Of a stretch of 64,000 bases of DNA, positions 41,147-50,083 are shown in pieces. Made by a program: the position numbers and the translations under genes. The notes under the pieces are model-generated. The model was not told the DNA's origin and made no database searches. It saw nothing but the letters and a program-made list of their open reading frames with translations. The stretch is taken from NCBI GenBank assembly GCA_050955125.1, contig JBPBQW010000110.1, positions 1,441 to 65,440 on the forward strand. The letters are read 5' to 3'. Within the stretch, counting starts at the first letter, position 1, and the number at the start of each line of letters is the position of its first letter. This DNA is from Janthinobacterium lividum (lineage in GTDB: Bacteria > Pseudomonadota > Alphaproteobacteria > Sphingomonadales > Sphingomonadaceae).

Positions 41147-42497
41147 CCTCGCGTTCATCGGCTATCTGCTGGCGCTGTTCGGGATGGGGTTCCGCCGCCC
41201 GTTCCTGTTCGTGCTGGCGTACGTCTACATCGACATCGTCGCGCCGCAGCGGCTGACTTATTATCTGCTCAACGCCGTCCCGATCTCGCTGATCGCGGTG
41301 GGCCTCGCGGTCGGCGGCTGGGCGCTGGCGGACGACAAGTCGGGCACGCGGATCGCGCCTAGGCAGATGATGATCGTCGCGCTGCTCGGTTATTGTTTCG
41401 CGACCACGCTGGGCGCCGACTTCCCGGTCGAGGCGCTCGACAAATGGGGCTGGGTCTGGAAGGCGCTGGCCTTTGCCGCCTTCCTGCCGTTCACCCTGCG
41501 CACGCGGCTCAGGATCGAGGCGCTGCTCGCGTTCATGATCCTGTCGGCGAGCTCGATCATCATCATCGGGGCGCTGAAGACGCTGGCGAGCGGTGGCGGC
41601 TACGGCGAGCTCAACCTCATGGTGTCGAACAACTCGGGGCTCTACGAAGGCTCGACGATCTCGGCGGTGGCGATCGCGATCATCCCGGTCATCGCCTGGT
41701 TCATCCGCCACGGCACGATCTTCCGGCCCGACTGGAAGGTGACGGCCTTCTGCCTCGCGCTCATCTTCGCGTGCCTGCTGATCCCGATCGGCACGTCGAC
41801 GCGTACCGGGCTGCTGTGCATCGGGCTGCTCGCGGTGCTGATGCTGCGCGATGCCAAACGCAAGTTTCTGTACCTTGGCATGCTCGGCGCGATCGGTCTG
41901 GTCGCGGTGCCGTTTCTGCCGTCCGCCTTCACCGAGCGGATGAACACGATCAAGACCTACCAGGCCGACACCTCGGCCTCCACCCGCCTCGCCGTCTGGG
42001 CGTGGACGTGGGACTATGCCAAGACGCATCCGCTGGGCGGCGGGTTCGAGGCGTATCGCGGCAACCACATCCGCTACGACACCGTCGCGGTCACCGGCAC
42101 CGGCGCCGCCACCACCGTGACGAGCAAGCTCGAGGTCGACGCCGCCCGCGCCTATCACAGCGCCTATTTCGAGATGCTGGGCGAGCAGGGCTATCCCGGC
42201 GCCGCGCTGTGGCTGCTCATCAACCTCGCCGGCATCGTGCGGATGGAGGTGCTGCGCCGCCGGTACCGGAATGCCCCGCCCGAACAGGCGTGGGTCGCGC
42301 CGCTGGCGGGCGCGTTGCAGAACGGGCACGTCGTCTATCTGTTCGGGGCCGCGTTCATCGCCATCGCGTTCCAGCCGTTCGTGTACATGCTGATCGGGGC
42401 GCAGATCGGGCTCGACACCTATCTGGCGCGGCTGCGATCGGCGCAGAGCTTCCGCCCGATGCGCCGCGGCCGCGCGACGGCAGCGGTAGCGGCATGA
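41139..42497 (+). CDS. O-antigen ligase-like membrane protein (resembles exosortase-A-associated putative O-glycosylation ligase)
   Basis: 452 aa and polytopic. The N-terminus MRDLAFIGYLLALFGMGFRRPFLFVLAYVYIDIVAPQRL resembles the DUF5935/Wzy_C family, and a Wzy_C-like loop is GTSTRTGLL. Confidence 0.8.
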   Translation: MRDLAFIGYLLALFGMGFRRPFLFVLAYVYIDIVAPQRLTYYLLNAVPISLIAVGLAVGGWALADDKSGTRIAPRQMMIVALLGYCFATTLGADFPVEALDKWGWVWKALAFAAFLPFTLRTRLRIEALLAFMILSASSIIIIGALKTLASGGGYGELNLMVSNNSGLYEGSTISAVAIAIIPVIAWFIRHGTIFRPDWKVTAFCLALIFACLLIPIGTSTRTGLLCIGLLAVLMLRDAKRKFLYLGMLGAIGLVAVPFLPSAFTERMNTIKTYQADTSASTRLAVWAWTWDYAKTHPLGGGFEAYRGNHIRYDTVAVTGTGAATTVTSKLEVDAARAYHSAYFEMLGEQGYPGAALWLLINLAGIVRMEVLRRRYRNAPPEQAWVAPLAGALQNGHVVYLFGAAFIAIAFQPFVYMLIGAQIGLDTYLARLRSAQSFRPMRRGRATAAVAA

Positions 42498-43606
42498 CCG
42501 CGAGACCGGCCGAGCTTCGCGCGCTCACCGGCGCCCGCGGGATCGCGGCGTGGCTGGTGGTGCTCTATCACATCCGCCTGTCGATCGCCGGACTGCCCGC
42601 GGCGGTCGTGGGCCTGCTGGCCAAGGGCTATCTGGCGGTGGACTTCTTCTTCCTGCTGTCGGGCTTCGTCATCTGGCTCGCCTGGCACGAGCGGCTGCGC
42701 GACGGCGGCGTGGCCGCGGTCCGGCGGTTCTGGTGGAAGCGGATCGCGCGCGTGTGGCCGCTGCACCTCCTGATGCTGGCGCTCGCCGTCGCGATCGCGG
42801 TCGTCCTGGCGGCGAGCGGGCGCGGCGACGGCGGCCGCTTCCCCATCGCCGAACTGCCGCTGCACCTGATACTGATCCAGGACTGGGGCCTGACCGACCG
42901 GCTGGCGTGGAACGATCCGGCCTGGTCGATCAGCGCCGAATGGGCGGCCTATCTGCTGTTCCCGGTGCTGGTCGCGACGGTCGACTGGCGACGGTGGCCG
43001 ACTGCGGCGGTGGTCACCGCGATCGGCGGGCTGTGCGCCCTGCTGCATGCCGTGTTCGCCGGTCACGACGCCACCAGCCTCGGCTTCGACATCGCGCGGT
43101 TCGGCCTCCCCCGCTGCCTGATCGAGTTCGCCGCCGGCACCGCGTTGTGCGATCTCTACGGTCGCTGGCGGGATCGTCCCGGCCTGCCCGCGATCATCTC
43201 CGCCGTGGTGGCGGGCGCCGGGTTCGGCGCGACCGCCACCGGGGCGCTGCCGGAGACGCTGGCGATCCCGGCCGCGCTCGCCGCGCTGCTGATGCTGCTG
43301 GCGCTCAGCAGCCGGGCGCGCGGCAACCCGCTTGCCGGCCGCGCGCTGCACCTGTTGGGCGAGATCAGCTTCGCGACCTATCTGTCGCATTTCCTGCTGT
43401 TCCTCGTCTTCAAGCTGGCGCTGGTGGACGATGCGCGCGCGGTGCCCCCGGTGCTGATCGCGCTCTATCTGGCGATCGTCCTGACCGCCTCGTTCGCGCT
43501 GACTTACCTGTGGGAAAAACCGGGTCAGCGCTGGACGGAGGCGCTGCCCGCGCGGATCGCGGCGGGGGCGGCGCGTCGTGGCCGCCGCCCCGCGCCGGGA
43601 CGTTAG
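42494..43606 (+). CDS. acyltransferase family 3 membrane protein
   Basis: Contains LTGARGIAAWLVVLYH and GYLAVDFFFLLSGFVI, with multiple TM segments. Its ATGA start overlaps the upstream stop. Confidence 0.85.
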   Translation: MTARPAELRALTGARGIAAWLVVLYHIRLSIAGLPAAVVGLLAKGYLAVDFFFLLSGFVIWLAWHERLRDGGVAAVRRFWWKRIARVWPLHLLMLALAVAIAVVLAASGRGDGGRFPIAELPLHLILIQDWGLTDRLAWNDPAWSISAEWAAYLLFPVLVATVDWRRWPTAAVVTAIGGLCALLHAVFAGHDATSLGFDIARFGLPRCLIEFAAGTALCDLYGRWRDRPGLPAIISAVVAGAGFGATATGALPETLAIPAALAALLMLLALSSRARGNPLAGRALHLLGEISFATYLSHFLLFLVFKLALVDDARAVPPVLIALYLAIVLTASFALTYLWEKPGQRWTEALPARIAAGAARRGRRPAPGR

Positions 43607-43632
43607 GCGTCAGGCGTCAGGCGTCAGGCGGC
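43605..43632. repeat. heptamer tandem repeat (AGGCGTC x3 plus a degenerate copy)
   Basis: It exactly fills the 17-nt gap between convergent stop codons: TAG at 43604-43606 and TGA at 43626-43624. Confidence 0.85.
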
Positions 43633-44190
43633 GGCGCCCTCCTCCGCGAACTCCGCCTGCAACGCGGCCAGGATCGCCTTGTTGAACGCGGGGATATCCG
43701 CCGGCTTGCGGCTGGTGACGAGGTTGCCGTCGACCACCACCTCCTCGTCCACCACGTCCGCGCCCGCATTCTCGAGGTCGGTGCGCACCGACGGCCAGCT
43801 CGTCATCCGCCGCCCGTCGACCACGTCCGCCTCCACCAGCAGCCACGGCGCGTGACAGATCGCGGCGACCAGCTTGTCGTCGTCCATGAACTCCTGGACG
43901 ATCTCGACCGCGCGCTCCTGCAGCCGCATCTTGTCGGGATTGCCGACCCCGCCGGGCAACAGCAGTGCGTCGAACTCCTCGGTGTCCACCTCGTCCAGCG
44001 TCATGTCGGGGGTGATCGTGTCCGACTTCTCGCTGTCGTTCACCACGCCCTGGATCGGGTCGGTCCCGATCGAGGCGAGCGTCACCTTGACGCCGGCGTC
44101 GAGCAGCGCCTGGCGCGGCTGGAACAACTCGTCACGCTCGAACCCGTCGGTCGCGAGGATCAGGACGCGTGCCTGGGATAGATCGGCCAT
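43624..44190 (-). CDS. DJ-1/PfpI family protein
   Basis: Contains VLILATDGFERDEL and the nucleophile elbow VAAICHAPWLL, and is 188 aa long. I chose the internal ATG of ORF 43624..44499. Confidence 0.9.
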   Translation of the reverse strand: MADLSQARVLILATDGFERDELFQPRQALLDAGVKVTLASIGTDPIQGVVNDSEKSDTITPDMTLDEVDTEEFDALLLPGGVGNPDKMRLQERAVEIVQEFMDDDKLVAAICHAPWLLVEADVVDGRRMTSWPSVRTDLENAGADVVDEEVVVDGNLVTSRKPADIPAFNKAILAALQAEFAEEGAAA

Positions 44191-44305
44191 GGTGCACAAA
44201 GTCTCCAATGATACGTGTGGCCGCCCAACCCGCAGCGACCCCGGCGCGTTCCGGAACGGCACGGATTTCGGCCGGCGTCGGGGGCCTGGGGAACCGTCTT
44301 TTTTC

Positions 44306-44347
44306 GCTGTCCTACAACGACCGTCCCGGCGCATAGACTGGTCGATG
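44306..44347 (+). promoter_or_regulatory. conserved upstream motif, copy 1 (GCTGTCCTACA ... GGCGCATAGACT..TCGATG)
   Basis: The same 11-mer and -10-like block recur at the same distance upstream of the paralogous gene at 53396. There is no Shine-Dalgarno sequence. Confidence 0.5.
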
Positions 44348-44785
44348 TCCGATCCTCTCCACCCCGCCGCCGCGCCGGCCGCGCCCGCCGCACTCGCCGA
44401 CGGGGACCCGTTCCTGTTCGACCCGGTCCCCACCGCGTCGGCGCGGCGGGACGGGTGGACGCCCGATCGCCAGCGCGCGTTCGTCGCCGCGCTCGCCACT
44501 CATGGCGAAGTCGCCGCCGCCGCACGCGCGGTCGGCATGACGCCGCAGTCCGCCAATCGCCTGCGCCGACGCGCCGGCGCGGACGGCTTCGCCGATGCGT
44601 GGGACGCCGCCCAGGAGGAGGGCCGGCTGCGCAGCGTCGACGAGGCGCTGCGGCGCGGGCGCGACGGCGTCCTCGTCCCCGTCACGCGCGACGGGCGCGT
44701 CATCGGCCACCGCCGCCGGTTCGACAACCGGTTGCTGTTCGCCGCCTGCTACGCCGAGCCGCCCAGCCGGTACGAGCGGGAATGA
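44345..44785 (+). CDS. conserved hypothetical protein with predicted HTH (paralog 1)
   Basis: Contains DGWTPDRQRAFVAALATHGEVAAAARAVGMTPQSANRLRRRAGADGFADAWDAA and RFDNRLL. It is paralogous to 53396..53824. I chose the internal ATG of ORF 43874..44785. Confidence 0.7.
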   Translation: MSDPLHPAAAPAAPAALADGDPFLFDPVPTASARRDGWTPDRQRAFVAALATHGEVAAAARAVGMTPQSANRLRRRAGADGFADAWDAAQEEGRLRSVDEALRRGRDGVLVPVTRDGRVIGHRRRFDNRLLFAACYAEPPSRYERE

Positions 44786-44952
44786 GGGGGTGCTCGCGTC
44801 GCTATCCCGGAACCTTCGGAACTTTCGGGCCGCCGTCCGCCGGTGCGGGACGCGCCTGCGCGGGCGCGCGTGCCATCGGTTCGGCGACAAACAGGCGACA
44901 AGGCCCGATCCCGAGCCTATAGGATCGGCTCCTGACCGGGACGCCCCAATCG

Positions 44953-46410
44953 ATGCTCACCACCCATCCGTTCGAGGACGACCACCTGCGCGAAGAGTGC
45001 GGCGTGTTCGGCGTCTCCGGTTCCGACGGCGCGGCGGCGCTCGTCGCGCTCGGCCTCCACGCGCTGCAGCATCGCGGACAGGAAGCCGGCGGGATCGTCA
45101 GCTGGGACGGCGGTCAGTTCCACATCCATCGCGCGATGGGCCATGTCGCGGGCAATTTCGATCGCGACGATGTCATCCGCTCGCTGCCGGGCACGAGCGC
45201 GTGCGGGCACGTCCGCTATTCCACCACGGGCGACACGTCGCTCCGCAACGTCCAGCCGCTGTACGCCGAGCTGGCGAGCGGCGGCTTCGCGGTGTCGCAC
45301 AACGGCAACCTGTCCAACGCGATGACGCTGCGGCGCGACCTCGTCCGGCGCGGCGCGATCTTCCAGTCGACGTCGGATACCGAGACGATCATCCACCTGG
45401 TCGCCACCAGCCACTACCGCACGCTCATCGACCGGTTCATCGACGCGCTGAAACAGGTGGAGGGTGCCTATTCGCTGGTGGTGATGACGCCCGAGGGCAT
45501 GATCGCCTGCCGCGACCCGCTCGGCATCCGGCCGCTGGTGATGGGGCGGCTCGACGATGCAGTCATCATCGCGTCGGAGACGGTGGCGCTCGACGTCGTC
45601 GGCGCGACGTTCGAGCGCTCCATCGATCCCGGCGAGATCGTGTTGATCCGCGGGACGGAGGTCGAATCGATCCGCCCGTTCAAGCCCCTGGCGGCGCGGC
45701 CGTGCATCTTCGAATGGGTGTATTTCTCCCGCCCCGATTCCATCGCCGGCGACCTGTCGGTGTACGACGTGCGCAAGGCGATCGGCGCTCAGCTGGCGAT
45801 CGAGTCGCCGGTCGACGCCGATCTGGTGATCCCGGTGCCCGACTCGGGGGTGCCCGCCGCGATCGGCTATGCGCAGCAGAGCGGCATCCCGTTCGAGCTC
45901 GGCATCATCCGCTCGCATTACGTCGGCCGCACCTTCATCCAGCCGGGCGACAAGGTCCGGCACCTGGGCGTCAAGCTCAAGCACAACGCCAACCGCGCGC
46001 TCATCAAGGGCAAGCGCGTCATCCTGGTCGACGACTCGATCGTGCGCGGCACCACCTCGCTCAAGATCGTGGAGATGATGCACGAGGCGGGCGCGGCGGA
46101 GGTCCACATGCGGATCGCCTCGCCCCCCACCCGCCACTCGTGCTTCTATGGCGTCGACACGCCCGAGCGCGCCAAGCTGCTCGCCGCCAAGCTGGACCTG
46201 GGCGGGATGACCGACTTCATCCACGCCGACAGCCTGGCGTTCGTGTCGATCGACGGGCTGTACAAGGCGCTGGGCCAGCCCGGACGCGATGGGGAACGGC
46301 CGAGCCACTGCGACGCCTGCTTCACCGGCGACTATCCCACCCGCCTGACCGACCAGGACGAGACGGAGGACGTCGACCAGTTCGCGCTCCTCGCCGAGCG
46401 GGTCGCCTGA
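44953..46410 (+). CDS. purF: amidophosphoribosyltransferase
   Basis: Contains an N-terminal CGVFGV (Ntn Cys), the PRPP motif VILVDDSIVRGTT, and the 4Fe-4S Cys pattern near the C-terminus. Confidence 0.97.
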   Translation: MLTTHPFEDDHLREECGVFGVSGSDGAAALVALGLHALQHRGQEAGGIVSWDGGQFHIHRAMGHVAGNFDRDDVIRSLPGTSACGHVRYSTTGDTSLRNVQPLYAELASGGFAVSHNGNLSNAMTLRRDLVRRGAIFQSTSDTETIIHLVATSHYRTLIDRFIDALKQVEGAYSLVVMTPEGMIACRDPLGIRPLVMGRLDDAVIIASETVALDVVGATFERSIDPGEIVLIRGTEVESIRPFKPLAARPCIFEWVYFSRPDSIAGDLSVYDVRKAIGAQLAIESPVDADLVIPVPDSGVPAAIGYAQQSGIPFELGIIRSHYVGRTFIQPGDKVRHLGVKLKHNANRALIKGKRVILVDDSIVRGTTSLKIVEMMHEAGAAEVHMRIASPPTRHSCFYGVDTPERAKLLAAKLDLGGMTDFIHADSLAFVSIDGLYKALGQPGRDGERPSHCDACFTGDYPTRLTDQDETEDVDQFALLAERVA

Positions 46411-46418
46411 GCCTGTCG

Positions 46419-47141
46419 ATGGAATTGTCCATGGACCAGCCGCTCGCGCATCAACTCGCCCTCGTCACCGGCGCCAGCCGCGGGATCGGCGCCGCCACCG
46501 CGCTGGCGCTCGCCGCGAAGGGCGCGCACGTCGTCATCACCGCGCGCGACTCCGCCGGGCTGGAGCGGGTGGAGGAGGCGATCTTCGCCGCCGGCGGCAG
46601 CGCCACGATCGCGCCGCTCGACCTGACGCAGACGGACAGCATCGCCCGGCTGGCGGCGGCGATCGCGGAACGGTGGACCGCGCTCGACCTGCTCGTCCTC
46701 AACGCCGCCCGGCTGGGGCAGTTGGCGGCGGTCCCGGCGATCGATCCCAAGGATCTCGCCGCCATCCTGACGCTGAACGTCAGCGCGCCCGCCGCGCTGA
46801 TCGCCGCGTTCGATCCGATGCTGCGCGAATCGGCGGCGGGCAAGGTGATCGCCGTCACATCCAGCGTCGCCCGCAACCCGCGCGCGTTCTGGGGCAGCTA
46901 TGGCGCGTCCAAGGCAGCGCTCGAGACGCTGGTGGGCGCCTATGGCGAGGAGATGGAGCAGATCTCCGCGATCCGCACCGCGATCCTCGATCCCGGTGCG
47001 ACCCGCACGACCATGCGCGCGGACGCTTTCCCGGGCGAGGATCCGGCCACCGTGAAGGATCCGGCGGTCGTCGCCGAACGGATCGTGGCGCTGGCGATCG
47101 GGGGTTTTCCCGTCGGGCACCGGGAACGGGTGGAGGCGTGA
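46419..47141 (+). CDS. SDR family oxidoreductase
   Basis: Contains VTGASRGIGAATALALA and YGASKAAL. An alternative ATG lies at 46431. Confidence 0.85.
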   Translation: MELSMDQPLAHQLALVTGASRGIGAATALALAAKGAHVVITARDSAGLERVEEAIFAAGGSATIAPLDLTQTDSIARLAAAIAERWTALDLLVLNAARLGQLAAVPAIDPKDLAAILTLNVSAPAALIAAFDPMLRESAAGKVIAVTSSVARNPRAFWGSYGASKAALETLVGAYGEEMEQISAIRTAILDPGATRTTMRADAFPGEDPATVKDPAVVAERIVALAIGGFPVGHRERVEA

Positions 47142-47145
47142 TCGC

Positions 47146-48417
47146 CTAACGCGGCGCCTTCACCAGCGTGACCTGCGCCACGTCGATACCGCCGCCGCGA
47201 AACCCGCCCTCGCAATACATCAGGTAATAGCGCCACAGCGCAATGAAGCGCGCGTCGAACCGCGCCGGCAGGCGTCCCTCGGCGACTGCCCGGTCGAACC
47301 GTGCGCGCCAGCGTCGCAGCGTCTCGGCATAGTCCGGCCCGAACCCCGTCCGGTCATGCCATTCGAGCCCGGCCGCCTCGGCGATCGAGCGGAACCTCGC
47401 CTCCGACAGGAGCATGCCGCCGGGGAACACGTAGCGCTGGATGAAATCGACGCCTGCCGCATAGGCGGGGAACACGTCGTCGGCGATGGCGATGAACTGG
47501 ATCGCGGCGCGGCCACCGGGCTTGAGCACGCGGGCGATCGTCTCGCAGTAGGCGGGCCAGTACGGCTCCCCCACCGCCTCGACCATCTCGCAGCTGGCGA
47601 CCGCATCGACCGGCATCGGCGCATCGCGGTAATCGCGCAGCACGACCGCCGCCCGATCCGACAGGCCGGCCGTGGCGATCCGTTCCGCCGCGACGCGTTC
47701 CTGTTCGGCCGACAGGGTCAGCGCGGTCACCCTCGCCCCACGCCGCGCCGCCTGCTCCGCCAGGAACCCCCAGCCACAGCCGATCTCCAGCATCAGATCG
47801 TCGGGCCGCAGCGCCAGCCGGTCGAGCAGCACGTCCACCTTGCGCCGCTGCGCCACCTCCAGCGGTTCGGCCGGATCGACGAACACGGCGCTGGAATAGC
47901 TCAGCGTCGGATCGAGCCACTCGCGATAGAAATCGTTGCCCAGATCGTAATGCGCGGCGACGTTGCGGCGGGCGCCCGCCTGGGTGTTGCGGCGCAGCCG
48001 GTGCCAGCCGCGATCCGCCAGCCGCACCAGTCCGGCCGACCGCGCCGCGGCCCCCAGCGTCACCCGGTTGCGCATGAAGAGATCGAACAGGGGCACCGGA
48101 TCGGGGCTCGACCAGTCGCCTGCGGCCCAACCCTCGTACCAGCCGACCGACCCGCGCGCGGCCAGGCGCAGGAGCGCGCGCCAGCGATGCACCGTCACGA
48201 TTGCCACCGGACCCTCGCCGCGGCCACCCAGTCGCCGCGTCGTGCGGTCGGGCAGGCTCGCCTCGATCGCGCCCGCCATCAGCCCGGCATCGATCCGGTC
48301 GAGCAGCCGATGGAGCGACCCGGCGACGATCCGGCGTCGCATCGCCACCGGACGGGGCCGCTCGGGCAGGGAGGAGACGGCGTTCATCGCGCGGCTCTGG
48401 CATCGGCGATCCGACAC
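47146..48417 (-). CDS. cfa: cyclopropane-fatty-acyl-phospholipid synthase family methyltransferase
   Basis: Contains AAHYDLGNDFYREWLDPTLSYSSAVF and the SAM motif LEIGCGWG, and is 423 aa long. Confidence 0.9.
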   Translation of the reverse strand: MSDRRCQSRAMNAVSSLPERPRPVAMRRRIVAGSLHRLLDRIDAGLMAGAIEASLPDRTTRRLGGRGEGPVAIVTVHRWRALLRLAARGSVGWYEGWAAGDWSSPDPVPLFDLFMRNRVTLGAAARSAGLVRLADRGWHRLRRNTQAGARRNVAAHYDLGNDFYREWLDPTLSYSSAVFVDPAEPLEVAQRRKVDVLLDRLALRPDDLMLEIGCGWGFLAEQAARRGARVTALTLSAEQERVAAERIATAGLSDRAAVVLRDYRDAPMPVDAVASCEMVEAVGEPYWPAYCETIARVLKPGGRAAIQFIAIADDVFPAYAAGVDFIQRYVFPGGMLLSEARFRSIAEAAGLEWHDRTGFGPDYAETLRRWRARFDRAVAEGRLPARFDARFIALWRYYLMYCEGGFRGGGIDVAQVTLVKAPR

Positions 48418-48436
48418 CGCAACCGGCTCGGCCGGA

Positions 48437-49819
48437 TCAGATCGCCCGGTTGGCGGCCAGCGCCCGCTCGCGCGCCTCGCGATGGCCGATGATCTTGGCC
48501 GGATAGGCGTCGGGCCGGACGCCGGCGGCGTCGGGATCGTGGATGACGTCGTCGCCCAGGTCCTTCAGCTCCGGTACCCAGCGCCGGATATAGTCGGCGG
48601 CGTCGAACTTCTCCGACTGGCCGAGCGGCGCCATGATCCGGCCGAACATGTTGGCATCGACACCCGTGCCCGCGATCCACTGCCAGTTGACCGAGTTGTT
48701 GCCGTAGTCCGCGTCCACCAGGCAGTCCCAGTACCAACGCTCTCCCACCCGCCAGTCGAGCAGCAGGTGCTTCACGCTGAAGCTGGCGCAGATCATGCGG
48801 ACGCGGTTGTGGATCCAGCCCATCGTCCACAGCTGACGCATCCCGGCATCGACGATCGGATAGCCGGTGCGCCCCTGCTCCCACGCCTTGCGATCGGCAT
48901 CGGCGTCGGACCCCGTCCGCCAGCGCATCGCGTCGTAGCGCGGACGGCCGTTGATCCAGGCATAGTCGGGCAATGCCGTCACCACGCCGTCAGTGAAGTC
49001 CCGCCACGCCAGTTCCGACCGGAACTTGTCGGCATGGGCATGGCCGTCGACCGCGTGCCACACGGCGCGGGCGGAAATCTCGCCGTGGTGGAGGTGCGGC
49101 GACAGGCGCGACGTCCCGTCGAGCGACGGCAGGTTGCGCCGTGTCTCATACTCCTCGACCTGATCGGCAAAGGCGGTGGCCGCGTGATGCGCCGCCTCCT
49201 CTCCGGGCGTCCATTCGTCTGCGAAACCGTCGGCCCAGTCACGCTTGGGCAGCAGGCCCCAATCCTTCAGCGTGTCGCTGGCGGGCCAGTGCTTGGGCGC
49301 GGTCAGCGTCTCGGGGGCAGGTTCCGGCTTGGGTGGCGGCATCTGCGCCTGCAGCGCCTTCCAGAACGAGGAATAGACGCGGAACGGCGCACCCGAGCCG
49401 GTCTTCACCTGCTCGGGCGGCGCAAGATGGTTGCCATCGTGCAGGCACAGGACGTCGTCCAGCGCCGCCTCCGCATCGCGCCACCAGGGCTCGTAATGCC
49501 GGATCGCATGGATGCGCGTCGCGCCGGTCTCCTCGACCAGACCCCGCAACACGTCGACGACGTGGCCGCACCGCAGGATCAGCCGGCTGCCGATCGTGCG
49601 CAGCGCCGCGTCCAGCGAGGCCAGCGAGTGATGCAGCCACCAACGCTGCGCGCCGCCGATGCGCCAGTCCCCCGCCGCGTCGTCATCGAGGACATAGACC
49701 GGGATCACCGCTCCCTGCGCCGCCGCCGCGATCAACGCGGGCTGATCGGCGAGGCGCAGGTCCTGACGAAGCCAGAGGAGAACGGGCGTGGTACCCGCCT
49801 CCGTCGCCCGGGCGGTCAG
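48437..49819 (-). CDS. phrB: deoxyribodipyrimidine photolyase (start uncertain)
   Basis: FAD-binding domain motifs are TSRLSPHLHHGEIS, GYPIVDAGMRQLWTMGWIHNRVRM and WQWIAGTG. The ORF track starts at TTG 49735, but the conserved N-terminus TPVLLWLRQDLRLADQPAL lies upstream. The only candidate start there is CTG at 49819. Confidence 0.85.
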   Translation of the reverse strand: MTARATEAGTTPVLLWLRQDLRLADQPALIAAAAQGAVIPVYVLDDDAAGDWRIGGAQRWWLHHSLASLDAALRTIGSRLILRCGHVVDVLRGLVEETGATRIHAIRHYEPWWRDAEAALDDVLCLHDGNHLAPPEQVKTGSGAPFRVYSSFWKALQAQMPPPKPEPAPETLTAPKHWPASDTLKDWGLLPKRDWADGFADEWTPGEEAAHHAATAFADQVEEYETRRNLPSLDGTSRLSPHLHHGEISARAVWHAVDGHAHADKFRSELAWRDFTDGVVTALPDYAWINGRPRYDAMRWRTGSDADADRKAWEQGRTGYPIVDAGMRQLWTMGWIHNRVRMICASFSVKHLLLDWRVGERWYWDCLVDADYGNNSVNWQWIAGTGVDANMFGRIMAPLGQSEKFDAADYIRRWVPELKDLGDDVIHDPDAAGVRPDAYPAKIIGHREARERALAANRAI

Positions 49820-50019
49820 CGCCGGCTCTCCTCGACGCTGTCGAGCCGATCCTCATGGCTCGCGACCATCCCGGCGAGCATGTTGAGGATCAGCGTATTG
49901 CCGTCGACGCGGTTGGCGAGGTCGTCAAGGCGCTCGCTCATCTCGTCGAAACGGCCCGTGATCTCGGCACGCATTTCCTGGAGCAACATGATCGTGTGGC
50001 TCTCAACGTCGTCGGCCAT
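49816..50019 (-). CDS. small acidic coiled-coil protein (67 aa), unknown function
   Basis: AGGGAG lies about 9 nt upstream of the ATG. The protein has a heptad-like pattern (LLQEMRAEITGRFDEMSERLDDLANRV). Its stop overlaps the putative CTG start of the photolyase. Confidence 0.6.
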   Translation of the reverse strand: MADDVESHTIMLLQEMRAEITGRFDEMSERLDDLANRVDGNTLILNMLAGMVASHEDRLDSVEESRR

Positions 50020-50083
50020 CGGCTACTGCTCCCTGCTGCCACGACAACGTAGCTATCCGTCCCGGGTGTTCAACGCCGCGCCG

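Noticed and set aside
44800-44830. Tandem GGAAC motifs (GGAACCTTCGGAAC) upstream of purF as an EcfG-type stress promoter
   Set aside because: There is no CGTT -10 element at the required 16-17 nt spacing downstream of either GGAAC.
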